Position numbers and translations under genes: made by a program
Origin: Phoronis australis
Lineage: Eukaryota; Animalia; Phoronida
Assembly: GCA_002633005.1 (NCBI GenBank)
Contig: NMRA01000606.1
Location: 62,001-126,000, forward strand
DNA: 64,000 nt
Direction: 5' to 3'
In this document: positions 23,801 to 32,400 of the stretch, piece by piece
How positions within the stretch are numbered: the first letter of the stretch is position 1
Layout of the letters: the number at the start of each line of letters is the position of its first letter
Notes under the pieces: generated by a model
Databases searched by the model: none
What the model was told of the DNA's origin: nothing
What the model saw: only the letters and a program-made list of their open reading frames with translations

Positions 23801-26800
23801 CACGGAACGTCGGAGAAGCGCGGATATGGTACACGTTTGTTGGAACTTATAAACACTGGGCATGGGTACGTCCATATGTCACCCTCATATCCGTTGAGAT
23901 AACAAACCTTCAGTTAAGGTCCCTTTTATTCTTTTTCTCGTTTTTGGGATAATCCATTTACGATTGCGATATTCAGTGCTTTAAAGGAAATTTAATGATG
24001 CCGACAATGGTATCAAAACAATGTAAATTGTGGTTTCAGCACTTTAAATTTTGGCGAATTTTCAACACTTCACTTTACTGTAATCTGTACTTGTATGTAT
24101 AACATGTAAAGATTTCGTAATCTGTATCGGCTAAAATTATACACTACTAACACCCATATACACATGTAGTATATCGATATCTATCTAACTATTTATCAAT
24201 CTACCTATATATTCACTTATCTATCTATCCATCTATCCATCTATCCATCTATCTACCCATCTATATATGCACTTATCGATCCATCCATCCGTCCATCCAT
24301 CCATCTACATATTCTTATGTTCTTATTGGTAATACAGTATGTAACAAAGGCATTCTTGGTACATTTGTGTATGTATATTATATGCAGTGTGTATGTAAAT
24401 AAGTGATATTCATGTAATCTATTTGACACCCAGGTTACGTGCACTTTTTGTACATTGCATGTTCCGTGATAAACATTAAAAATTTGTTCCATCGTCATCG
24501 AATCTGATTTCCAAAGGTAATTGAAAATGAATTACGATTCGTCACCAACATTTTAAAATGGGAATATCAGTTGGCATTAAAGAACCCTGTTGATTTCTGG
24601 TGAAACTGGCACGCGACAAATTGTGATAAAAATATCGGTACTTGGTCATAATTAAGCCAACTATGACATCGAGGTTACATTTAGTGTTTTTGCTAGCCTC
24701 TTAATTCATGAGCATCTCAGCATGCGATTAAAGTCAGGGAAATGTCTGGATAGACCTGTTCAAATCCTACGGAAGTCACTTTTTCCTTTTGCTGGCATAC
24801 TTGTTTGCTCCTTCTAAGGTCACTTTCAGGATTATCAGTCCTTTCATTTCCACCAAAGCTGCAGGTTGATATAAGAATTGACCGACTCGTCAATTCAGAT
24901 ATCTACATGTATGTAGCAGCTGTGTGGTTTCTATCACTAAATGACGACACTAACAGGCACAAAGTTATATCCCTACCGATTTAATTCATTTGCAATGCAT
25001 CAACAAAGGCAATGGGTTGATATTTAATATTGGTTTTAGTTGCGGAGCGTGTAGCTGGAAGAGATGAGTTAAAGTTGGATGGTTCAGTTCTCAGTGTTGC
25101 CGTGTGCAGACCTGACGAAGACATAGAGACAACGCCGTCTATCAGCAGAGCTGCCCTTGGGCGTGTGGCAAAGATTGGTGATCTCTACGACATTAGAACG
25201 GACAACTTTCTTGTGAGTTTGTCATAAGTTATTTTCACAACTGAATTCAAAAGTGGACAGAAAACAGAAAGTTTATGTTAAACGTCTTTCATATCACATT
25301 CTTATTCCAAGTATAGTCCAAAACAGAATAATATAAATGCTACAGGGGAGCATTTACACATATTTCTGTATGCATTGATAATCTCCTGCAAAAGCATGAT
25401 ACATAAAACTAATAACATTTTGCCATGATTTCTCATTAGACTTGTTAATTTGCTGACATTTCAGACGTCTTCTACTTGCAGGCCCGTTCTGTGTTTCGAG
25501 AAGACCCTAATGGTTCATCTGTCATCTCGTCTCAAGTTAACAATAAAACTCTCGAAGACGTCAAAGTAGGTGACATGCATGACACGTTTGAAAAACTGCA
25601 TGTCGATCCAGAGCTTCAGCTTAGTATTTTGACCGAAGTAGCGAAGATAAGCTCAAAAGGCAATGAACAGTGGCTTTCATCTGCTGCCCATCTAATTTTT
25701 AGAGAAGAAACTGCCAAGGAAGAATTTATAATTTCCCAGAATCAAGACAAGATCAACATGGATGTCATTAAGTCTTTTGCCAACAAAAGAGTTTCAGCGA
25801 CTCACGTCATCCTGGGAATAGTTTGGGGAACACTTTGCACCATCACTCCTGAAATTAAAAACGTCCAGGAGCAACTTCACAAGGACATAGTCCAACAACT
25901 CAGAGACATTCTCTGTCGGGGAACAGAAAGTGAAACGCCTGGAAAGACTGTTAAGTTTTGGAAATCTGTCAATTTACATTGCAACTGGGATGTATTCTTG
26001 CCTGATGGTACTTCAGGAGCAAAGAAAACCAGATTCAAAGGTATGGGTGACTTCCTCTTACGATTTCCACAGGTGGCTAAGAAAAATAAACCTGTCCCGC
26101 TTGCTTATTTGTTCACACCTGTTGAGGAAGTTGCTCGAATTTGCGATGCGTATGTTAAGCTCCCATACTTCAGACCCACAGGACTGCGGGCAAGCAAAAT
26201 GATTTTGACGTTTATAAAGGATATAACCAGGAGGCGTCAGGATATTAGCCTCACGCAGTCTTTTTTAGAAAGTTCAAAGGATTACTTAGCTAGTGAAGCC
26301 CTGCGTAGCATTGGTATAACTTTACAAAAAGTCGAAGCAGCAACAGAAGTGTTTAAGGACAAGCTTCAGCAGTTCGTGCTAAACAGTCGTAGACAAACTG
26401 GTAACACATCCGGCCTTGAAAAATCCGTCTACGCAGCTCATCAAGGATTCTCCATGGAAATGGAAAGACAAGTTTCAAGTCTTATGCAACATTACCAGAG
26501 ATTAAAACAGATTGAGACATTGAGAAGACGGGGTATTGTTTACGTTGGTAAAGAGGACACTTTGTCTGTTGACGATGCTTCTATGGTATACATATTCTAC
26601 AAGCCAGCTTTGTTCAACACGGATGTTGAAAAGGTCCAACATTACTTCTTACGCTGCCAATCCTCACAATCACTACAGAAAACTGCAAAATTCAAAATTT
26701 TAGACGAAACTATCAGACCAGATCTGTGGCCGGAGAAACAGGAGCCTGTTGTCAAGGTTTACAAAAATGGTCACCAAATAAGCGAAGACATGTACAAAAA

Positions 26801-29444
26801 AGAATACAAAGAACTGGACAGATGTCTTATCACGTGTAACGTCACAGAATTGCTAACTACCAGTAAAATTCGCGAGGAGAAGGCATTTGTTCGTTTGAGA
26901 TGCCCGAATGCTCTCTCAAGATCCGGAAAGTGTTCTGGAAAGCCATTACTATGGGCGTGTGCAAAATGTAATACCACTGTAGAATATGGGCTACAAAGTA
27001 ATTATTTTTACTGCAAATGCGGATTATCGAAGCCCGCTGAATGTGAGTTCCGCTGCCACGAGTTTGAACATGGCGTCGACTATTTTCCTTTTCCGGAAGA
27101 TTTACTAGTAGATGAATTGGCTACGCTGAGTAAGACTACAGAGAAGAACATTTTGCTGCTCGGGGAAACTGGCGTCGGAAAATCAACATGGATCAATGGC
27201 ATCTATAATTATCTGGCATTCCCCGATTTGAATACGGCTGTGAAATCAGATGGTTTGCAATCGCTCATTCCATCACGCTTTACTTTTACTAAAGAAGGCA
27301 AATCTTGTGAAGTCAAAACTGAAACTACAAGCTACAATGAAGTGCTAGAAAGCGGTCAGTCAGCTACGCAAAGTGCTCAACCCTACGTTGTTCAGTTTGG
27401 TGATCAGAAAATTCGTTTGATTGACACACCGGGCGTGGGAGACAGCAGAGGAATTGAACAAGATCGCGAGAATTTTGACAATATCCTTGCTCACCTAAGT
27501 AAATATGATGAGATTCATGCTATCTGCATTTTGCTGAAGCCAAATAATTCAAGGTTGTCTGTTGTCTTCAGGTTCTGCATTCAGGAACTTTTAGCGCGTC
27601 TCCACCCATCAGCTAAAGACAATATTGTGTTCTGTTTCACAAATGCTCGAGCGACGTTTTATCAGCCCGGTGATACATTGCCGGTCTTAAACAAAATGCT
27701 TGAAACAAAAAATATCGGATTTCGAGCAACTCCCGAAAACTACTTTTGCTTTGACAACGAACCATTCAGATTTCTTGTGTGCCTACACAATGGTATTAAA
27801 TTTGAAGAAACCGAGGTTGCGACATATTCCTCTAGCTGGGACAAAGCTGTTTCTGAAACCACCAGACTATTTGACAAGATAAAATCCATGTCACCACACA
27901 AGGTGAGAAACACAATCAGCTTGAACGAAGCACGTCGAGTGATCGTAGCAATGAGCAAACCCATGGCGGAAGTAGCACGCACTATCCAGGAGAACGTACA
28001 ATTGGCAAATGATGCTAAAGAACAGATTGATTTACACAATCAAACTGTTCATGACCTGACGCGGAGTGTCACATTCTTGGGACATGATCTCGAGCGGCAC
28101 GAGTTACCCTACCCAATGACAGTCTGCACCGATAGTAGTTGCATTGAAAGAGTGGTTGTTGGAAACGGGAACACTCATAAGATTAACTACACGCAAATTT
28201 GCCATCATCGCTGCTCCATAACTGGAATTCCAACAGAAACTACAAACGATGAAAGGCTTAGCCGATGTTGGTGCATTGAGAAGTCAACGGGCACACTTAA
28301 TTGCCATCAGTGCGGACACCACTACACACAACATATGCATCTTACTTACACTCTTGAGAAAGTTTCAAAGATGTTCATATCAGAGGAAGTTCAAAGACAG
28401 ATTCAGAACAAAACGTCCGAGAAAGAGATAAAGGCATTGTTTAAACGAAGAGTTGATCAAAAGGTTCGCGAATTAAAGAAAGAAGAAAAGACGATACTGC
28501 GAGTGAGCGCTGAATATGGGGCGTTTCTAAAGAAAAACTGTATTATTCCCTATAACGACGCGGTAGGCGATTACATCAATATGATCATTGATCAGGAAGA
28601 AAAGAAACCCAGGGAAATGAGAAACTGCGAAGAGCTTGTACGACTGAAAAGTCTAAGACGAGAATACAATCAGGAAAAGCTATTTCTTGACAAGGCTTTG
28701 AGGGATGGTTATACCACTTCACCGCAAGACATCATGGAACTGCAGGGGGGATTGTTTCAGCTGAAGCACTTTGGCAAAACATTGAAGGATATTTTTGACG
28801 GAATATCGATTTCACGATCAGCAAATGGCTACAATGAAGACGAAATAGTAGCACCGTACATTCCGCCAACAACTATTCGCAGAGGTGGGGAAAGTATGGC
28901 GTATGCTCGTGGTAGACCTGTTGACTTTGTCCCGAATAGACCCAGCCATGGAATCGGGTATGACGCTTTTGATCAAATCGGTGCGTATGGGTATGCAGGA
29001 CCGTATTACTATGGGTTTGGTCAGCCTTATCTTCAACCTGCAGTGGGGATTACCACAGAGTACTTGAATCAAAGTGGAGACTCGCTTTACGACAACCCAC
29101 ATAACAAGCTGTATCCGGATGACGTCACACGCACCCGTCACTTTCATCCAGGTAGCCATAGGACGCACGGTGCTGATCTATCTTACACTGACGCGTCCTC
29201 TAGAGGCTCTTTCTCACATGGTAATTTCCGCGGTCGTGGTAATCACCAAAACTACCAGGGCAGAGGTTACAATGGTAATCGTGGCAGGCCTTCGTCTAAT
29301 CCAAGAGGCTTCGGTAATGCAAGGGGTTCCCATAATCAAAGAGGCCACGGCTGTGAAAAGCAACAACGTTACAAGAAAAAAGAAAAGGCAAACAAAGAAC
29401 GTGGTTTCATGAATTGGTTTGGACTTTGGTACAACAAAAAATGA
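8662..29444 (+). CDS. Gene A: multi-exon gene for a ~2296-aa RRMx3-KH-RRMx3 / SNTX-type MACPF / Zn / AIG1-septin-like GTPase protein
   Basis: Exons 8662-8833, 9814-10020, 10247-10486, 12552-12785, 16845-18056, 21456-21620, 22258-22509, 23024-23296, 25040-25212, 25482-29444. All have AG acceptors and GT (one GC) donors, phases are compatible (8 phase-1 introns, 1 phase-0), and the total is 6891 nt in one open frame. Exons 2-10 each have a counterpart in gene B. Confidence 0.85.
9814..10020 (+). CDS. Gene A exon 2: C-terminal part of RRM1 plus linker
   Basis: ttccag|TT GCC AAG (VAKTVASRQQLILKGFVLSVIQC), donor GAAG|GTAGGC; homologous to gene B exon starting at 61840. Confidence 0.8.
10247..10486 (+). 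CDS. Gene A exon 3: RRM-like domain 2
   Basis: KVFVINIPQCVTYDGLENYME...AIVSFKDKP; cttccag acceptor, CCAG|GTACAT donor; matches gene B 55265-55471. Confidence 0.85.
11490..11824 (-). mobile_element. MITE, same family, 5-bp TSD TAGTA
   Basis: TAGTA|CATAGGAGGATTTAGG...CAGATCCGCCACTG|TAGTA; contains N11733. Confidence 0.85.
12552..12785 (+). CDS. Gene A exon 4: end of RRM2 and RRM-like domain 3
   Basis: SIQVHDLPDGCTNDALWNYFETRRSGGGEV...AVVSF; 234 nt, same length as gene B 54488-54721. Confidence 0.9.
15023..15961 (+). other. Truncated duplicate of gene A exon 5, broken at N15962 (probable assembly/haplotype duplicate)
   Basis: Near-identical to 16845-17783; the sequence after the N restarts at the equivalent of 14141. 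Confidence 0.75.
16471..16735. mobile_element. MITE with CATGCGCGCA(A)CCCA termini (duplicate at ~14652-14911)
   Basis: Left CATGCGCGCAACCCAG..GGGGCTCG, right CCGAGCCCCATTGGGTGCGCG(C/T)ATG; flanks TGTTC/TGGGC match only partly. Confidence 0.6.
16845..18056 (+). CDS. Gene A exon 5: end of RRM3 plus tandem PARP14/DTX3L-type KH-like domains
   Basis: 1212-nt exon, tttcag acceptor, TAC A|GTGAGT donor. Repeated strand-G-helix motifs VRITGLKDSVNDA, VSFSGTLDHVTKTK, IELFSCDEEQKTNAA, LILTATRSVVDSV; no canonical GxxG. Homologous to gene B 50209-51423. Confidence 0.8.
19923..20148. repeat. Minisatellite, ~15-16-bp unit CCCGGGACACATAGA(A/T)
   Basis: About 14 degenerate tandem copies visible. Confidence 0.9.
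21456..21620 (+). CDS. Gene A exon 6: RRM-like domain 4
   Basis: TVEVTGFGPDTDRESIELFFEDTETSGGGEI...AVIEFKDPS; TCTG|GTAAGA donor; matches gene B 49207-49368. Confidence 0.9.
21688..21743. repeat. Perfect 27-bp inverted repeat with 2-nt spacer
   Basis: AATACAGAATCAAAACTAGTGACACTT-AA-AAGTGTCACTAGTTTTGATTCTGTATT. Confidence 0.95.
22258..22509 (+). CDS. Gene A exon 7: end of RRM4 and RRM-like domain 5
   Basis: ALRVTGFDLNTSDEKLKLFFKNYKKSGGGDL; 252 nt, same length as gene B 48677-48928. Confidence 0.9.
23024..23296 (+). CDS. Gene A exon 8: end of RRM5 and RRM-like domain 6
   Basis: VAERVAKKSELQLQG...TAVRVTGF...LELFF...SGGAPL; 273 nt, same length as gene B 43783-44055. Confidence 0.9.
24170..24310. 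repeat. Degenerate (TATC/CATC)n microsatellite
   Basis: Tetranucleotide periodicity visible directly. Confidence 0.85.
25040..25212 (+). CDS. Gene A exon 9: chimeric exon, end of RRM6 joined to start of SNTX-type MACPF domain
   Basis: VAERVAGRDELKLDGSVLSV (RRM helix 2/strand 4) then ISRAALGRVAKIGDLYDIRTDNFL (cf. stonustoxin ALGRPFTLGMLYDAR); phase-0 donor CTT|GTGAGT; 173 nt as in gene B. Confidence 0.9.
25482..29444 (+). CDS. Gene A terminal exon 10: SNTX-type MACPF/CDC, helical and thioredoxin-like domains, Cys/His module, P-loop GTPase, Cys/His module, coiled coil, G/R/N-rich tail
   Basis: 1320-codon open exon. ATHVILGIVWG, PVPLAYLFTP and VKVYKNG are SNTX-like. G1 GETGVGKS at 27162-27185, G2 SATQ, G3 DTPG at 27423, FTNA at 27636, FDN at 27750. 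Confidence 0.93.
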   Translation, partial: ARSVFREDPNGSSVISSQVNNKTLEDVKVGDMHDTFEKLHVDPELQLSILTEVAKISSKGNEQWLSSAAHLIFREETAKEEFIISQNQDKINMDVIKSFANKRVSATHVILGIVWGTLCTITPEIKNVQEQLHKDIVQQLRDILCRGTESETPGKTVKFWKSVNLHCNWDVFLPDGTSGAKKTRFKGMGDFLLRFPQVAKKNKPVPLAYLFTPVEEVARICDAYVKLPYFRPTGLRASKMILTFIKDITRRRQDISLTQSFLESSKDYLASEALRSIGITLQKVEAATEVFKDKLQQFVLNSRRQTGNTSGLEKSVYAAHQGFSMEMERQVSSLMQHYQRLKQIETLRRRGIVYVGKEDTLSVDDASMVYIFYKPALFNTDVEKVQHYFLRCQSSQSLQKTAKFKILDETIRPDLWPEKQEPVVKVYKNGHQISEDMYKKEYKELDRCLITCNVTELLTTSKIREEKAFVRLRCPNALSRSGKCSGKPLLWACAKCNTTVEYGLQSNYFYCKCGLSKPAECEFRCHEFEHGVDYFPFPEDLLVDELATLSKTTEKNILLLGETGVGKSTWINGIYNYLAFPDLNTAVKSDGLQSLIPSRFTFTKEGKSCEVKTETTSYNEVLESGQSATQSAQPYVVQFGDQKIRLIDTPGVGDSRGIEQDRENFDNILAHLSKYDEIHAICILLKPNNSRLSVVFRFCIQELLARLHPSAKDNIVFCFTNARATFYQPGDTLPVLNKMLETKNIGFRATPENYFCFDNEPFRFLVCLHNGIKFEETEVATYSSSWDKAVSETTRLFDKIKSMSPHKVRNTISLNEARRVIVAMSKPMAEVARTIQENVQLANDAKEQIDLHNQTVHDLTRSVTFLGHDLERHELPYPMTVCTDSSCIERVVVGNGNTHKINYTQICHHRCSITGIPTETTNDERLSRCWCIEKSTGTLNCHQCGHHYTQHMHLTYTLEKVSKMFISEEVQRQIQNKTSEKEIKALFKRRVDQKVRELKKEEKTILRVSAEYGAFLKKNCIIPYNDAVGDYINMIIDQEEKKPREMRNCEELVRLKSLRREYNQEKLFLDKALRDGYTTSPQDIMELQGGLFQLKHFGKTLKDIFDGISISRSANGYNEDEIVAPYIPPTTIRRGGESMAYARGRPVDFVPNRPSHGIGYDAFDQIGAYGYAGPYYYGFGQPYLQPAVGITTEYLNQSGDSLYDNPHNKLYPDDVTRTRHFHPGSHRTHGADLSYTDASSRGSFSHGNFRGRGNHQNYQGRGYNGNRGRPSSNPRGFGNARGSHNQRGHGCEKQQRYKKKEKANKERGFMNWFGLWYNKK

Positions 29445-32400
29445 ACTACTTGTGCCACATGCACGCGTGCATCCAGTCACATTTATGTACGCACAAAAAT
29501 ATCAGGGTATGGAAAGGCATTTCCTCCCTTCCGAACGGATGGTCGAAATGTATGGTATGAAAACGTAGGAAGAACACGATTCGTGCTGCGCAACATTTAT
29601 TTATAAAAGACGAGTTTCCTTAGGGAAGTCCCATTGACAGTGGAATATATAATAGTGTAGATAGATTTCTTTAAAAACATAAATTCTTCGTGTGAAATAT
29701 TTTCTCCAGGGTTATATAAAATGCCAAATTTTCTAGTAAAATCATAGTCATCAAGGTCAAGACATGCGTCAAGAATGCCAGTGTGAATTATACACCTTGT
29801 AATGACATTGACCGTGGAAGAGTGAAGTCTTTGCAAGCTAGAAGACAACTATATCCATTGAGATTATCGGTCATTCAGTGCCGAAACAGATACAGTCTCA
29901 ATTGTAAATTTTTACTGAACTTATAACGGAATTTTAAACAACGTTTCGTGTGTTACTAGAGAAATGTTCGAGCTTCTGTGCAACCTGTGACAATCTTGAG
30001 ACAAACAAAGGGAAACTTTGGAAAAAGGGCGTCGACTGGTGAAATTCTATCCCATATACAGTGTATGTATTCCCCCTAGTAGCACTCTGCGGATATATCT
30101 GTGTGTGCGTGGGTGTGTGCGTGTGAACTAACTTTAAATGAACTTTTGAAGCATATTGTTTCAAAAAGTGTTATTTTTAATAACTTCTCCAATAAAAAAA
30201 AATTGGAGTTCAACAACGATGACTTTACTTTCAAAACGTTTGAGAAAACCGGCAAAATTTAATTTATATACCGTTTTGCATGAATTTTGCGCTTGTTCAG
30301 GGTTATCTACATGTAGATGTAACGCAGAAACGTCTTGCTGCTGATGTTTTCTTTTCAGAAGTCAGTTGGTCAACTTTACTAGTGTCCTGCAGGTGCTTCT
30401 GCTTGGTCTTTCAGTGAGCAAGTGATTTAGTCACTTTAACGTGTTTGGTCTTGAAGTTAGTACAGAACTGCGGAACTCATCTTGTTAAAAGCACTGTAGT
30501 AATAGGCCTATGTACTTTGTAATATACAATGTAAGTCAACATGTAGGCGTTTGCTTAATTGTTACAGGTCACCATTTTAGCCATTGCACACAAGGGAAAA
30601 ATCATCATCAACATAGATGCACGTTTCATTTTAAAGCCACGCATTATATTTCCCTGAACCAAACAGTCTGATGGTGTTTGATTTTTCCCCAAGGCAATGG
30701 CAATATTACCTATTCAGTGTTCTCTTGCCTAGAGTGACTGTGAAATGGGAGCCCGAGTTTATATTGCATAAGCTTAATGTGCTTGGCAGTGTGCACGTCT
30801 ATTTATAAATTTGCACCTACTGTGAATGTTTCTTTTTATATCTGGAATTACTGCACTCAACATGTTAATAATACATTTGCTTGTTAGTGCCTTTCAGTGT
30901 TTTGCTTTTGTATATACACCATAGATATACAATTTATGCAAAGTCGAAACTTTAATTCTATTTTCGCTTTCCTTACCCTTTTTACATGATAATGTCACCC
31001 GAACTATGGTGTCCAAATAAAATTATTTCATTATTCCGACTGGAAATTCATGAATCAGATTGGAAATATGGTGATGTGTGTTAGGTCTTCAATCTGTGGG
31101 TGTAACGTTTAATAGACTGAATTATTGTGTTATCAACGATGTCGTGCGCAGTATTTTTACCGCCATAGCAGTGCAAAATGGTCTTGTAGACCTATCGAAC
31201 CACTCGGCAAATTTATAAATAACCGACGAACAAAAACGTAACGAACAGCCGAAGCAAATTGTAACGTTTGCATACGGGTATTGTACATGTATAGTTGGAC
31301 GCTCGGTGGAAAGTGCCGCACTGTATACTCGTAAATTGCGCTCGCAGTATGAACTCAAGAGAAGAATTTGTTGTTGTATTCTATTGTGCCTTGTGTGTCG
31401 TGGAAGTGGGTCTTTTAATTTCAAACTCGAATTTTCAACCTCATCCCATAATAATAGTCACTTAGCTCAAGTGCGATTAAAATAGACCGGAAAGGGTGAA
31501 ATACAAATTGGAGTCAACAGCAAACCCATAAGAAATGAAATTTTTTCCAGCTACGCCGTTGTCCATGGGGAAGGAGGATAGGGGTGGTGTTCGTAGTGCT
31601 TGAAGGTAATGTCCAAATCACCGATACTATAGTCTGGCAAGTACTTTACAATCCTGAGAAAACCCGAAACTCGATTTTGAGTAGATCTTAAAGGTACCGA
31701 CCTTAGTCTCTTTGGTTTGATCAGGCACCATTAAAATACAAGCGAAGTTTTGCCGTTTTTCAGTATACAAATAAGTACGACTCAAGTTCGTTTCACAAGA
31801 ATTCAAAATCTTGAAGTCATTAAATTAATGGGTAATCTGGTTCAAAAACTTGAAAATATACACCAATTTAAGAAATATGTAACATGGTATATTCTTTACC
31901 TCCTTTCTGTTGAAACTAAAAGCCTTTTTGAGCTTAATTTTGCACCGTCGGCGGCTGAAATCAGAAAATCAACCACTATTCTTGTCTTTCCGTGACGTGA
32001 GTTCCCTATGTGTCAGTTCAGGAACGAGTCCTGAACGACGGTCATATTGTCCTTAATCTTGTATTAACATCACCGGAGCGTAAAAGTGTCGATATTGTGT
32101 TTGTTTGTTTTTGATTCTCATTTTGGTTCTCTTAATACACATTTCATTATTTGTTGCTCAAATGTTATGTGTTCTTTGCATGTGACGAGTGGTACTGTAC
32201 TTAATGCAATCATAAATTTCTCCGGCAGCGAACACTACCGAGGTCACCCCTGGTTCATCGCGACGGTACGTCAAATTTCAGCAACAGTACCCGTTCTGGT
32301 AATAAATAGAGGCAAATCTTCCTGTATCGGCAAATGTCTTTTCTTCCTTGCCATATAGTGAAACCGATGCCAAGTACCAGCAATTGTGTGACTACCCGGA

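Noticed and set aside
8662-25212. Calling gene A (or B) PARP14, PARP10 or DTX3L
   Set aside because: Only the RRM/KH-like N-terminal modules are present; no macro, WWE, ART or RING/DTC sequence was found, so no gene symbol is given.
25482-29444. Calling the large exons a secreted venom toxin or a stand-alone intronless/horizontally acquired gene
   Set aside because: The ORF-track starts are TTG within splice acceptors, the MACPF start lies in the upstream exon, and no signal peptide or PRY-SPRY domain is seen.
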